This document shows, piece by piece, positions 26,701-42,199 of a DNA stretch of 64,000 nucleotides. The position numbers and the translations under genes are program-made. The notes beneath the pieces are model-generated. The model was not told the DNA's origin, made no database searches, and saw only the letters and a list, made by a program, of their open reading frames with translations. Origin of the DNA: Hamiltosporidium tvaerminnensis FI-OER-3-3 (Eukaryota; Fungi; Microsporidia); contig JAKIMF020000011.1 of assembly GCA_022605425.2 (NCBI GenBank), forward strand, positions 124,001 to 188,000. The letters are read 5' to 3'. Every line of letters begins with the position of its first letter. The first letter of the stretch is position 1.

Positions 26701-27215
26701 GAGATATTTATTGGAAAATCGCAGGTGGATCTATTTATTATAAACAACCTAGACTGAATTTGATTATAGAACGGGCATATTGAAGCTTTTAAATGTGTTA
26801 CCACTATGATTCAAAGGGTAAGTTTAAAAACTTATCCGTTCTTGTTTAGAGGCAAACAAACTAAATAGGTAAATTCATTCCGTTATAATATATTGGTAGA
26901 TAATTACCATATTAATTTCATCAATTCTAATTGTAATAACACAATCTTAAAGAGCTTAATCATTGGACATAATGGCCTATTTAAGAAGACTTGATGTGAA
27001 TGTATAACATAAAGAAAAAAATAAATATTTGCTGGGGTTAAGTTTAAACTTTTAAAAACAAATAAATTTCATTTACTTCTTTCATAATACGTTATTCTTT
27101 TAAATTATCTTTACCTATTTCATTCAAAGTATAAAAAAAACTATTTACTTTATGATACATGAGTGAGGTGTGTTCTATGCTAAAGTATTTTTCTTTTTAA
27201 TAAAGTTGTTCTTCA
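23755..27215. repeat. Dispersed repeat family R, copy 4
   Basis: Colinear with copy 1 from the SINE junction (ATGTGTT..GTTTAT) through the core (~25190-25490) to the shared right end (TGAGTGAGGTGTGTTCTA...TTTTTAATAAAGTT). Confidence 0.8.
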
Positions 27216-27737
27216 TACAACGTATAAAAAACGTATATGAAAAAATACAAGATATTTTAAAGGATTTTCACCAAGAAAATTTTTAAAGTAATTTACCAAT
27301 GAACATAAACAGAAAACTGAAATATTTTTAATTGTAAGAAAACGTTAAAGTTTTATTATTTAAAAATAATTACTCATGAATAATTTAGAAAAAAAAATTT
27401 AATTTACGCATGATAATAAAGCAATTCATAAATGGTTAAGATTTTAGAAAAAAAATACCCAAATGCCAACCTTTGCAATTTTCTATCGTTGGCCATAACT
27501 GTTCTTAAGACAGCAAGTACAGATTTAAAATAATAAAAGAAATTTATTCAGTATTAGAAAGCCATTAACAGGATTACTTATTTAAGAAATGAAATTATTA
27601 TACAAAAATTTTATTATTGATTACGTTTTTCAAATTTTAATTGTTAGGATACTGAGTTGATGTGTGAAAGGGTATGTTAAGCAATAAATCTAATTGTAAT
27701 CCATTTTTATTTTTTGAAATATCTAGAACATGATCTA

Positions 27738-27792
27738 ATGTGGAATAAATTTTGCTTTTCTTATGTGGAATAAATTTTGCTTTTCTTATGTG
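27738..27792. repeat. Perfect 25-bp tandem duplication
   Basis: ATGTGGAATAAATTTTGCTTTTCTT occurs twice in tandem, followed by ATGTG. Confidence 0.9.
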
Positions 27793-30700
27793 TAATACAA
27801 TCTGGTAAATTAAAATAATTTTAGAATGATAGGATGCAAAAAAAGCAATTTATAAAAATATAAATGACTGCGACAAAATATAATCTTTGAATAAATAAAA
27901 CTCTAACTGCTGCGGAAACAAGTGTAATACTTCGTTTCAAATTATATCACCTTGATGCTATCATTTTGTACAATATATTTGATGGCTTAATTTAAATAAA
28001 TCTTTACAATTAAAATAAACATTTCATCTAGTTCTTTCGTTAAATTGTCTAATGTTTTCTTCCTTGGTTTAATATTTATTTCTATTCACATATCTATTAT
28101 TATATAACCACATTTCCGATTTGAATCAGTAGGGTTTCGTTTTAATTTTTTTTATATATTTATTTTTTTAGCAATGCAAACATTTTATTACTATATAGAA
28201 AAAAAATAAAATTATACAGACATTTCAATACAAACGAAGAAGTGTTCTAGAATTCAAATAAACCAAAAAAAAACTACTCTCGTAATATTTATTTTATTCT
28301 TGGTTTACTGTTCGTTTATTTATTTTAAAATATTATAACTTCTTTTTTATTTTTCATATTTTGTAAATTTGATTTCTATCCATATATGTCATAAATATAT
28401 TCAATATTATAAAGATGAAAGTTTATAGATAAATAGAAGAAATAGAGAACTGGTTAGAAAAGAGCGAAAATAAATAGTAATTGGCTTTCTCGAAATGAAT
28501 CACTCTTTATTAATATTTTTTCAAGTCTTCTAAATTTTTCTAAATGAACTTCTAATAAAATATTCAGATTTTATAAGCTTTACAGTTTTCTAAATATCGT
28601 AACTACAAAATATTTCTTTATTTTCACTTTGTTTTATTCTTAATCATTTTATATTTTTACGTTGTGATACTTTTCCTGTAATCTTTTTCGTATACTCTTT
28701 ATATTAAATTATTTATTTTAGAAATTACCTTTCATTATTTTATTTTGTAATTTATTTTTCATACGTACGTTGGTTAAATTTTTCTTGAATATGATTTTAA
28801 AATTTAAATTCGTTATACCAATATTTTTTGTTGGTTTTTACCGCCTATCTTATTTTATAATATTTTTTTCAATATACATATATTATATGTAAATATTCGA
28901 CTAAAAACTATTTAAGAAATATTTTTGATGTAAACGTAGTCAATAAAATAAGTTTTTAATTGTTTTTTTGATTATTATATATCTATGTGAATAAATATAA
29001 AATTTATAGAAAAAGCATTTTTATATTATCTATGTTTTCTTCTATAATAAAACGGTAATGTATTTATTCAACCGAATAATTTAAGACTATCAAAAAATTC
29101 TAAATAGTGTTTTTTTCGATTAGATAAGTTTTTTTCTCTATGTTTAAAAAGTAAATGGCTTTTTATGGTACCTAACTATATATGGTAAATGCAAACGATG
29201 ACAGATATTTTTTTTTATATTAGATCTGGAGAAGAAATTGTTTTTCCAACTTATTGTAATAACTTTTATTTGTATTGAGTTAAACATAAATATTTTTTGA
29301 GAAACATGCTAAATTGTAACTGTTTGAATTGGAATTTTGCTTATGAAAGTTTCGAAACCATATTTTAAAAAATGTTTTTAATTACTTTTATTTGCAAAAT
29401 AGCTTTATTTTTAATTTTATTGATAAAAGAGATTCTATGATACTGTTAAGTAAAAAATTTAAACCTTTAAAAAGATTTTACTTCTTGAATATGAAAAGTA
29501 AAAAAGCACATAGATTTAAATAATATTATCTAGAATTATATCAGAATATATACGAGTCTGATTTTTATCTAACAGAAGAAAGTTTTCTTTTCATGAGTAT
29601 AATTTTATGTTATGGGTGGTATTTATAAGAAGATGCCCAAAACGAATAGATTGTGCGCGTCTAAAGGTATTAGATACGAATTTATTTCGAAAATAAATCT
29701 AAGAATAATTTTTTTAAGAAATGTTTTTTAACACAATTTTTTTTTAATTTCTTCTTCCTTCTAAATTTCATGTTAAGTATTAATTAGATTAAGTAAAATT
29801 AAATGGGAACTGTTAAAAGTATAAAAATATTAATTTAAGCTTTTATTAGACGTTGCAATTACTAATTTTATATATTTTTGCTTCATGAATTCAGTTTATT
29901 TATATATATATAGGCTCTAATGCTTTTTTAGAAAAAAATATGATTATAAATTTAGGATATTTATCATTCGAAAGGGAAGTACGCAAGTATGAAAATCGAT
30001 TTAATTTTATTTGGAAATCTAATAAATAAACTGATATATTTACTTCTCTTATAAAAAGAGAATAATAGCTTGAAAATATTATTTTAGATAATAAAACGCT
30101 GATAATATGTTATATATTTTTTTATAGGAAATATTTGTGCGATTTATAGAAGTTCAGTATATAGAAATTAAATTGATCAGAGTGAAACAATCAATATTAA
30201 AAATTTAGAACAATAAGCAAATTAAATTAATATCTTATAATATATTTTTGTTTTGAGATAAATATTAGAAGTTAGAATATGGATATATCCTGAAACTATA
30301 GAAATCAATACCCTATAAAACAATGAAAATTACTTTATATGCTTAAAATCCAGAAAGAAACAGAAGATATAGTTATTCGAGCGGTAGTGATACAAAAATC
30401 GAAACAATTTGCTTCTATAAATCAGAAAGATTTAGTCATAACCAAATGGTGAATACGAGAAAAACGAGATATAGAAATTATAGAATATAGAATTTAACCT
30501 AAATAATCTTTTTTTTGTTAGAAAAACTATGTTCTAAATAGAAATCAGGGGATATAAACAAAAAGTTTAACTTTTATTGCTTTTAATGTTTTAAATAGTC
30601 TAAACATATGTTGCATGGATTCTAGAAATTGGGAAAAAATATAAATTTTTCAAAATATTATATTTAACAAATAATAGTAAGGGCGACCAGTTAGGAGCCA

Positions 30701-33700
30701 GACTTTTATAATGGCCTAATATACATATATTAGATTATTTATCTCTTATTTTTTCTTCTCATTTAATGTCTTGAAAATCCGAAAGAAATTTTATTTATCT
30801 TTAAATATTATTATCACATCTAAACACGTGAATTACTAGCAAAAAAGAGCAGGGTGTACAATAAAATCGAAACTTATTGCGTTTATTATATAAATCCATA
30901 CATTAAATAATATGCTGAAAAAATTACTTAATCTGTAAAGATATTTAGAAAAGAAGATGTAAACGCCTATTTAAAGGTCTTCATATAAGTCTACAAACTT
31001 ATTATGATATTGCGCATCTCTCATTAAAACAATACAGATTTTGTTTGAAAAAAAAGATTTTAAGTAATTGAATAAAATTAAAAAAACAAGAAAATGTAAA
31101 AAATGTAGAAATTATTTAATTCAAAATAAAAATGTTTTTTCTTAAGAGGGCATTAGGCTGTCTTTTTGAGTAAAATATATTTATTCGACTGTACTAATTA
31201 AATGGATTTTGAAAAAAATATTTATTATGAATCTTTAATAATTATTTCTTTAATTCTTTATCTGAGGTATTTCTTAGATTTTGAATCGATTATGAAATTT
31301 ATTTTAGAAATTACAAAATAGAACCAAAGTAATTTCGGGAATTCTTTATAATCTACTTGCAAAATATTATAGCACTTTTCATACTTTTGTGTCAAAATAA
31401 ATGAACAGCATAATTTTCTGCATATACAACTTGCTGTTTTTCGCATCTTTCCTTTCACAGTTTGAAAAAATCTGAAAATCTGTTTTCCTTCTAATTTTTC
31501 CTAATTTTCATTTTATTTCCTAAGTTTTATTTTTACTTGTTGTTCATAACAGCAAACAACCCTAAAATTTATCCAAATTAATACATATAGATCAAAAAAT
31601 CTATTAAATTATTCCGTGCTATCGACGTAATTAAAAAGTTTACGAAGCAATAAAAACAGCATTTTTATAACAACTAAAAGGATTCTATTTTCGTAAATTT
31701 ATCAATTGAAATTTTCTTAAAACCCAAATTTTTATTTTTCTGATCTATAAATTCTTCTATAAGACTGCATATTACCGTATAAATATATTGAAATAATAAA
31801 AAAATCTTTTCTCTAAGTATGCAAAGAAAGCTATGGAAATCTTCCAAACATCAGCAATCATTTATTTATTATCAGAGAATGTAAAAACCAAAGTTTTTTC
31901 TTACACACATCAATATAATAACGGGTTCCGGAATCTAACGTTTTATCTTTGATGGTTTCTAGTTTTCTTTCATTTCAGGGCTTCTTTCATAAATTTTTGA
32001 ATGTCTTTTGTTTTATGGACATTTTAAATTTTAAAAAAATTTCTTGTAAAGGGGCAAATAACTATTCAGTTGAAAACTACATATCTAAATAAAATTCAAT
32101 TTTTTAGATAACTTGTTATTCATATAAAGAAAATAAAAAATTTTCTTATTCACAAACAATCATAAATGTATTTGGTGGTATGCGTACTGTTCTAATTTAA
32201 ATATGAGATTTAAAATACTTTGTTTTCCTTTGTTTAGAATCTTTCGTCTTAAACGAGTAAACATGATCATATAAATTTAAAATCTTAAAATTTTTATTGA
32301 TAGAGCTTTAAAATTGAAGTTATCCGTCTTCAAATGAATAATTAATCAAACGAATATTGATACTTTTATTGCTTCGGATTGGGTCATATTCATGAAAGAC
32401 AAAGAAAACACAATTTTTAATACTTCTTCCGTTTATCTCTCTTAAGCTAGAAAAAACTTGAGTCGCTTTGAAAAATTATCTTTTTGTAAATACAGTCAAG
32501 TATTTGTTTTTTTGTGTATCAAAAATTTAGATGAATGTTTCTATTTTTTTAATATAAATTTTATTTTAATCATATTTTATCTTCTTTTTTTAGTAATAGT
32601 GAAAAGAAAACGTAAATAAATATATTTGTTAGGCAAAGGAAAGAAAATAATACTAGATAGTATTTTATTCAAATAAAATTCGCAAAAATTACTAAAACAA
32701 AATATAGTAGAAATTCCAAATTATCTTTCAAATTAAAGGAACAACAACGGTTTTAAAGAATCTGTATATCATGTTTAATTACCAGACATATAATTGTCTA
32801 AAAAATGACATTAAATTTTAGTTCATAATATATTGTTTTTTGGTTTGTTAAAATAAAAATTTCTACTCATACAATTCCTTTTTAGACAACACACTTTTAG
32901 TTCGGTTGGAAACACTCGCATGAAATAAATTCAGATGTTTCCTGTCTATTATGAGAACATAATGTAATTTTTTCGAAAAACTCTATAATAATTTTAGCAA
33001 AGTTTTGTTGAATTTGACCTTTATTTTTTATAAAAAAAAAACACTTTCAGAGACGTTCTCTGTATCCAATATAGAATTTTTAGTTAGTATAGGTTATTTG
33101 CTACTTAAATTTTAGGGATTAAAAAATTATTTAAATGTTGAATTCATTCCAAGGTTATGATTCCTCATAAAATTAATATTCAAAATCAAATTACACTAAC
33201 TCTTCTCTACTAAAGCATATTATTTTTTTTCTATCTATATTTTTTTCAGTTAAATGAAGAATCGAATTATGGGTTTTCTAAAATTAGAATATAAGCATAA
33301 TGTACCTTGATTGCACTATTACAACATAAATAGATATTTTTAATCAATTTAAATTTTTAAATATGTGTATCAGACGCATTAATTTACCAATGATCATATA
33401 AAACTATTTTAGAAATTTCCTTTATTTCACATAGTCAACAAATAATAGATAGATTCCCTTAATAACTTTATTCTGCGTATTCTAGTATAAAAATTGATTT
33501 GATATTATTTATAAAAATTTTATTTTGAAATAGTGAAATATGATTCTTTCGGATTTAATAATTAAGATGTATAGTTACTTTCTTTTTGCTTTGTTAATAT
33601 AAAAAGACACATTATTAACTTTGAACGCATAAAATATTATTGAGATTTTAAAATACTATGTCTCTTAAAATATCACAACCTTATGCTTAAATTCTTAACG

Positions 33701-36700
33701 TTTTATTTGAATGAATGAATTAAAGTAAAGATTAAATTTTATTTGTTACAAAACAAAAACCTTGACTTAATCAATTAAATACAATCTATAGTTTTTTTCT
33801 TAAGACGATTTAAAATTTATATTTTTTTAAAAAACATTTTGTAGAGATTTTTAGGTACAATGATAACAATAATTTACATTTTATTTTTAAGTTTAATGAT
33901 TCTATTCAGTTACTTTTAAAAAAAGAATCATCATATAAACGTTAATCATATATTTGTTTTGTTAGAAGGCAAAATTTATTTATATTACAGCTTGTAATAC
34001 GTATAATGGTTTGGTATTTAAAATTGTTTTCGGGGAATTCTATGAGATAAAATATTTTTCATTAAAAGATTTCAGATTTGACACTTCTAATACTAGAAAG
34101 CCAAATACCTGGTGTTGGAGGATTAGAAATCATTCATAAACTTTTATTATTATGGCTAAACTATATTACTTTGAGATGAAAAGAATATTTTTACTGTATC
34201 TACCAAATACTTTGCACTTGTCTAAAATCTAATCAAATAAAAATGACAGGCCAATTTAGCAAAAGTTTTTACACTATTAAAGTATTTTTTGATTATTTAA
34301 TTTTTTTTCAAATAATTAAACACAAATAAAATATTCCTAAGCCTCTTCTTTTTATTGCATCTCTCAGTTAAATTTGATATTTATAATTTTTAAGGTAGCG
34401 ATTTATTATTCAAATTTTTTTTTATTTTTCCTACGTATTAAATATGGACAGATCGGTTACGGGTATTCGATTATTCAAAGATAAAAGACTAATTTAAGCA
34501 ATTTTCGGAAAAAAAACTTTTCGTTTATTTTGAATTAGAAAATAATAGTTTAAACCTCTTTACTATTGAGAAACATAATCTCGGCATCTTTTTTAGGAAA
34601 AATCATAGAACGCTTCTTTTAAGCTCAAAAAAAAACTATATTTTTATTAAATTTTTTACCAAAAAGTGTTTAGATTCTATATTTTATTTTTGATGATATC
34701 TATTACGGCATTATAGTATAATCTCAGACAAATTGACATTCAGATATAAAATATACATTCATATTAATTTTTTGTTTCATTCTTTGGTGTATATGATAAT
34801 TATAGCTCAAGAGATTAATTTCTAAGATAATTTCATTGATTTGAACAATTAAACTTTCCTATTAAATGTAATAAAAAATTTTAAGATATATATTGACCTT
34901 TCCAAAGAACTAATTCGTTTAATCTTAAACTTTTAATGATTTTATAATGATATTATCATATTGATCTTGGAAAATAACTTATTTTGATGCTAGAATCGCA
35001 AACTTAAACCAAAAATGTAAACAAATATATGCTTGTTTGCGAATAATAACATAAAGTAGCGTATATATAGCTGATATAGATTTTGATAAATAAAACGATG
35101 AATTTGATCTTAAATACGGTTGGCTACGTTTAAAATAATTTAAAATTTCTTAAATTACATTTTAATACAAGTAACTTCACCATGTTTTTCATTCACTATG
35201 ATATTATAAAAAGAGTTTAAAATTGTCATATACTAAACACTAACCAAGGAACTTTATTTAAAATCATTTAACGTGTATACAAAAATTTTTGGGCAAATGT
35301 GTAAATATGGATCTTTTTACAGTTTGAGCAAAAAAAGTTAAACAAAATTTCTGGAATTCGAGAACACTATTACGATTAAAATCTGTAAAAATAGGTGTAA
35401 TTAACAAAATAATATGATTGCTTTTAAGAATAAATTTTAAAAAAAATTTTAAATATTTGAAAATGGTACACAAAAAATATAATATAAGAGAAAATTTTTA
35501 AAAAAAATTAGCAGGTATTTATATATGTAATAAAAATATTTTTCTGTTACCTACTAAGTATTCTCTTTATTAAGAATATAAAGTTTATTTCTTGCTAGAG
35601 GAAGAAAAATTTTGCACAAGTAGAATTATTATATTATGTAAATACGACAACCATAGAAGCATTTAAAAAATTGTAATATTTTAAAAATTATAAAATATAT
35701 AAATTAGAATTTTATATTGAAATTTTGGAATAAAATGAGGTCTTAAAGAAGATTATCACGCACAACCATTTTAATTTGAAAACTCGTTAAATTTAGAGTT
35801 ACTAGATTACATTGGCTAGTATTACTAAATTACAGTTTTATCTCCGAAAATGTTTATTTTCTTCAAATTTTGGAATCGAGTTTCCTATAATTTTGTATTT
35901 TAAAAAGAGATTTAAATTGCTCAATTTATTATAAATTTATAGACTTAAACAAAGTGTAAATTCAAATTAAAAATTGAAATATTTCTGGATATCATTTGGA
36001 AAGAAATTTTAGTCTGTCTCGGTTATGTGAGAAATATTACAAAATGTTAATAAAAACTATTTATTTTAAAGCTACATAAGAATATAGTAAAAGTTACATA
36101 AATCATAAAATGTTGAGTTTTTTGTTTTATTTTAATTTGCCTTATGTAATATAACTTTAAGAAACTAAATGTGCGGTCTGTTATTTGAAAAATTGTATTT
36201 TCTGTAATTAAAAAAAATGAAAACATTTCAGAACTTGTAAGAGTCGGTGTAGAATATATCAGAACTGTCAAAAATTCTAAAGATTAAATTACCAGGCTTC
36301 AAAGTAACTTGATGAAACCCGCTATATTCCGTGATTCGATATTCCAGTAATTCATAAACTGATTTATTTGCGACTGAAAAGATTTTGAAATAGTCTTGTT
36401 CTTATGAAGATCAAATAGAAATACACAGAGGCTACAGGAAGTTGAAGAAGGTGCTAGATATATCTATTTAATACCAGTGAGAAAAAATATCTTAAAGGTA
36501 TTTCGAATTATTTTCTAGGTATCGCTGTAAATTTCTAGAAATATAAACTAAGTCAAAAATTGCAATTTGGACGAATTTAGGTAGTACAATTGTCATTTTT
36601 GTTTTTCTTTTTTTATATTTTCGAACTTGGAATGTTGTACTACTAATAAGCAATTTATATTCCGAAAAAAACTTTATATTTTTAAAAAAAAGGAACCTTT

Positions 36701-37242
36701 TTTGTCTTTGCTTAAAAACTAATTATTTTTAAAGTTACATATAAAAGAAGAGCTCCATTTAAAGACAGCACAAGCGAGAGATCTTTAAACATATTTAAAG
36801 GACGGTATATGACTTATAAAAGCTCAGTAAATAATAAAATAAAATATTTTATAGTTCATAGAAGATTTTATAACGCTTTCTGGATTATATAACGTAGTAG
36901 TTAGGAAAAGCTGAAAAAAAACAGAGCTGATCAAATTTGGATATTAAAACAATAATATAAAGGATGCCATACCGAACCTGTATAAAAAAGAAAATATATT
37001 GTTAATTATGAAAATATTAAAGCAAATTTTATTTTTTAAGCAGAATGGAAAATAATTTTCTTTATAATAATTTATTTTAAGTCAAATTTTATTGTTATTA
37101 CCTAACCTAAACACTTCTAAGGATTTTTATGATTCGGTTTTATTTGTATTGTTTTGTCACACACCATCTTGGAGCTTTTTGAATCGAAATAATATTTTTC
37201 AAAATCATTCAATTTGTTGATATTTTTTTTAGATCTCTATAT

Positions 37243-38025
37243 TCAGTACTTTAAAATGATGATTATTTTAAGTGTTGTAGTACTCAGTCTTAAATAATAA
37301 AAATTCTGTTCATTTTTTGTACCAAAAAGCATTAATAGATGTTGTTGACGCTTCTCTGTTTCAATATTATCTATTCTAGTGTGTTTGAGTAAGAAACTCG
37401 TCTTTCGGTGATTAATCAAGAAGTTACAGGGTTTTTAAGCCGGGAATTTTACTCCAACATGCTGTGAATGTATTTTATTTAAAGGCGCATACCCCATGTG
37501 ATATGTTACAAACTGAAATCTTTGACTTAAATACATTTTCACACATTTTGCTTCATAGATAATCCTTTGTTTGTTCAAAACTCTTAACGCTGCTTGATTA
37601 GGGCCATTCTTATCTCGCCCTATCCTTTTTTAACAAAGTATTAACAAAATGTACGAATATATGACGTATTTTGTGTCTTTCAAAAATTGACTTCTAATGT
37701 ACAAACCTGACATCTAATGTTGCTATCGTTTGATCTTAAGTACGTTTTACAAACGTAGCATATATGATATAGGTATTTGTTCGTATCCAGACCTATTCAT
37801 ATTAACATTGACAAAATTCAAACATTCATGTAACACCACTGCTAGTATATATTCCAAATGCCAAAATTAAATACCTCAGAACGCAAGAAAGAGAACCTAA
37901 AACACTAATTGATTTCTTCCTGTTGCTCCTGTACCTCTGTGATTCAAAATAATATGTTTCGTTTTTCTGTCGATAACACTTGTTTTATTTTCTTTATATT
38001 CCTTTGAAGTGAGAAATCTGTTCAT
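37243..38025 (-). pseudogene. Candidate decayed protein-coding remnant, product unknown
   Basis: Minus frame 37629-37243 runs 129 codons with one internal TAA (37435-37437): KRIGRDKNGPNQAALRVLNKQRIIYEAKCVKMYLSQRFQFVTYHMGYAPLNK... An upstream 42-codon ATG frame starts at ~38025 (MNRFLTSKEYKENK...). GC is locally elevated. Confidence 0.3.
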
Positions 38026-41000
38026 AGCAAAATATTTAGGGTACAAATTTTCAAAAAATAAATTACAAAATATTTTTAAAAAAAATTAAAAGAATTACCT
38101 TTTACCTTTCCAGAAATAGTGGTGACTATACAAATGTGTTAAGTAATTTTTTTAAGTCATTATTGAGATAACTTATGTTGACATAAACTCAAAAGTTTAA
38201 GAAAAGTCAAACTCTTGACGGGTTTTTCTTGGTTAACTATAAACGAATTTTTATATTTTTTATTCTAAATTTTTTTATAAGTTCTCTTTCTAAGATATTG
38301 TCTGAATAATTAAGTGTATTTCAAATCCAGGAAAATAATCAGCCAATATTATAGAAATATATCATAATGTACATCAATCTTTTTTTAAATATAAAATTTG
38401 CAATTGTCAAAATATTATCGTTTTTTTGGATCTATATCTAATTTGAAATAATTTCTAATTGATAAAAATTTATTTTGGTTGAATTTTTTATATGTTAACA
38501 TATTTTTACAAAAATTCGAATTTCAGTTATAAAAATCAAATATTAAAAGGTTAAAAGAATCTTGATCTAAATTTAAGATACTACCTCTTAATTTAATCTA
38601 AAATCAAAAGGTATTCGATTTTACTTAAGCAGAGGAGAGGTAATCTAAAATACATAACGTTTTTAGTTTTAAAATTATTTTGAATTTAGAAATCAAAATA
38701 TATTAACTTTTTAGATAAAATAGTTTTTTTCATTGGATTTTCTTACTTATTTACATAGAGAATCGCATATTACAGTCTCAGTAAAAAATGTTAAAGCATG
38801 GAACAAAATTTTAACAAGATATCTAAATTATACAATCGAAATTCATTTATAATGGTAGAAAAATGTAGATGGAACGCTTATAGTTTGAAGAAAAAATATA
38901 TTGGTAAAAAAATTTGGTTGCTGTCTTGCCGTGAAATTTTTTTTCTATAAACATAGATTAAGTTCTTGTTTACTAGATAAAATTCTATGTCAAAGCAGAA
39001 TCTTCAAAAGAATAATCATCGGATGTAATTAAATAAGAAGTATGTACTCAAAACCGTGCATATTAGTTGTTGTTCATTTCTTCTCTGAACATTTAGTCTA
39101 TTCTTCTAGTGGGTTTTATATAAAACGTGGGATTATCTAGTTCATTTACCTATATTAAACAAAACTTTAAAAATTCGCGCCCGAAGATCGATACGACAGT
39201 CTTTTTTAAATCTAATAAATTTGTAATATTCTAAAGACACTTTTTTAAATAATCTTAGACTTTTTTCTAATTCAATCTGAGAATATTGTATTTAATACGT
39301 GAACGATTTACCCTAAATTCGTATTCTTAGTTATTTTGTATCTGACTAAATACTAGTATACTTAGACAAAAAATATTTTAAATATATTCACAATAGTTTG
39401 ATTTCGGCTTAAATTTAGATAAATTCGATAGTAGGTGTTTAAACATTTTTAATGATTCAAAATTTAATAATTGTAATAGATATTTGTTAAGCCTAGCGAG
39501 AAAAGGTATAACAAATAATTCATTTGGTATTTTCACTATTTTCCCAATTTCTACTTTAAAAATTGGATTAGCTTCTCTTATCTAGCAAATCAAAAGGTTT
39601 TATTTAAGATATCTAGAAATTCCTATTTAATAATCAATATAAATGAGATAATTGTGATCTATAGGTTCTTAACATCTTCCCTGTATTTTTTAATTGTATG
39701 TGAAGAAAAAAACCAAAATTAAGCTCAGAAAATATAAACATAGCAGTTTTTTTAATTTGAGAAGTTTTCTTTTTCGGTTTTTATTTATTCCATATTATTA
39801 GCTTTGAGTAATAATGTTTTTTTTCTTATCAAGGTTCTTCATTTCTAAATCATGAATACCTTTTCAATCCTAAAAAAGGCTTCAAATTTTCGACTTAGCA
39901 TACAAATTCTATAAATAAAAATTTACTAGAATCTAATTTATTTTACCTGAAATTTTTAACTACTTTAAAAGATTTCAATTGTAAATATTTGCATTGCACG
40001 CCATAAACATCATCTAAACTGTAATTTAATATTTTAAAAGTCTTTCAATACAATAAAACCTTTAATTTTGACCAGTCATTTACCTTTTAGTAATACATCA
40101 ATTCATATTAACTTATTAGGGTCGAAATTTTTTTTAATACTCTTCGCAAACAGTAATAAATAGAATTTAAAGAAATATAGTATGATTTAATTTCTTATGT
40201 GATGCCTATGGACATCATTAAATACTATAAAATGTACCACGGGAAACTACCATAGCTGAAATTATATATAAGTAAACAGCGATATATTTATAAATATAAG
40301 TGAACTGTGATATATGCTTAGATCAAATCGACGGTGTATAAGCGAATTCTCATATAAAATTGGAAAAGACACATAAAGTTATACAAACAATACAAACAAG
40401 CATGCGACCACAAAACATAAATATCAAGTATAAAGTTAAAACGAAGAGATAAAAGATAATTATATTTAAATTTAGAAAAAAATTAAACTGTGAACAAGAT
40501 TAGAAAAGAAGATTAAATTAAAGCCGGTTGTGAAATAGAACATCAGAGCGTACGTTTTTTAATTCATCACCCAATTTAAGACGTAACATCTACATTGATA
40601 AAAAAAACTTTTAATTGGCATAATATGTATATCAACAAAATAAAAAAATATTAAAAAATCGCTAGAATATTTACAGAATTTAATATAAGAATTTCTACTA
40701 GCAAATATGAGCAGTAACTTACATTCTTTTCGTGCTAAATTAGCTATTTACGCAAGTACCAAATGCTCATAATATATGTATCGAATTTCATTTCATTATT
40801 TCTAATAAAACTAGAATATTTGATATACTTGTTTTGAAATATATAATATATATAGATTACTCGTTTAAAGTTTTCCATTGGTACAAAAGAATTTTATAGG
40901 CCATCTAAAAAAATAAATTAGCATTAAATTTTTTCACTTTGAATTTTCTTATACAATAAATTCGAGTTTCAATTCAGACTCCAATTCTCGTTTTTTTAAA

Positions 41001-42199
41001 ACTTTCACAAAGCATTGTGCAAGAAAGTATCTTTCACCACAAAATATACTTTCTGATATTTCAGAAACTGATTTTGAATGTTATAAAACGTTAAATTTTA
41101 AAATAAAAGATGCATCATCACTTACATTAATGTAATTAAGTATTTTAACCCGATCATTGATACATCCTTAGTATTACATTCCAAAAAAAATCGAAATTTA
41201 TAAATATACCTATAAAATCTTTAAGTAAAACTATTATCCAACCAACGACATACTATAATACTTTGCTAAAGTTAAGATTTGAAAATTCTGAGTATTTATT
41301 TGTTTGCATTTGCAGCATTTTAACCTGGTTTATTGTTTCAAATGTATGTTCGTTTATAGAAAACATGCTCAAAAAAATAGTTTTAAAAAATGTGTTCTTT
41401 TGAAAATTTACTGAATTCCAGCGTGTATGTTCGTCTATATCTGTTTCTTACCGTTTTTTCATATATATAATTATGTTAAAGATATTTTTGTGTCATCAAA
41501 TATGGTCTAACTAATAGATTCCGGTTGCTTCTAATGAAGTAAAATATTGATCATATTCCCATAACTTTTTCGCATTTATCTCTATTATATATCATTACTA
41601 TTTCTGTGATAAACTCAGTAACCACAAAAACAAAATAAACTATGCCTAAATTTTTCCGCTATATTTGTCACTAGAACACAATTATATCTATAATTAAAAA
41701 AATTATGCAATTATCAGTCATACTATAAACATACAAAACAGTTATTTCCTACTCTTTATTTAAAATATTCTTTTACGCCTCATTCTCTTTAATTTCCTAA
41801 TAATAATATACCTTTATATAATTAACTAACTAAAAATCATACACTAAACTATTAAAACATAGGTAGGTATTTTATATACGAAATTTTGCTTTAAAACCAG
41901 TCAATATCATTTAAATTGTTATTATAAATTTTTTTTTTACTCGAAAAAAAGATTTGAATATTAAAAAAATAGAGTGCAAAAAAATTATCATAGCACTATT
42001 TAGTACTTGCAAATGGTAGAATTTTAGTTAAAAACAAAGTGTAAAGAATGGTGCATTTAAAATTCTATTTGTTTCTTCTAAATTTGGGTTTTTTTTGTTT
42101 TCGAATATATATAATTCAGTTTGCTATTTTATTATCAACGAATAAAATTTTAAAAAAGTCTATAACCTTATATTTATTTAAAAATCTCAAATCCATAGA

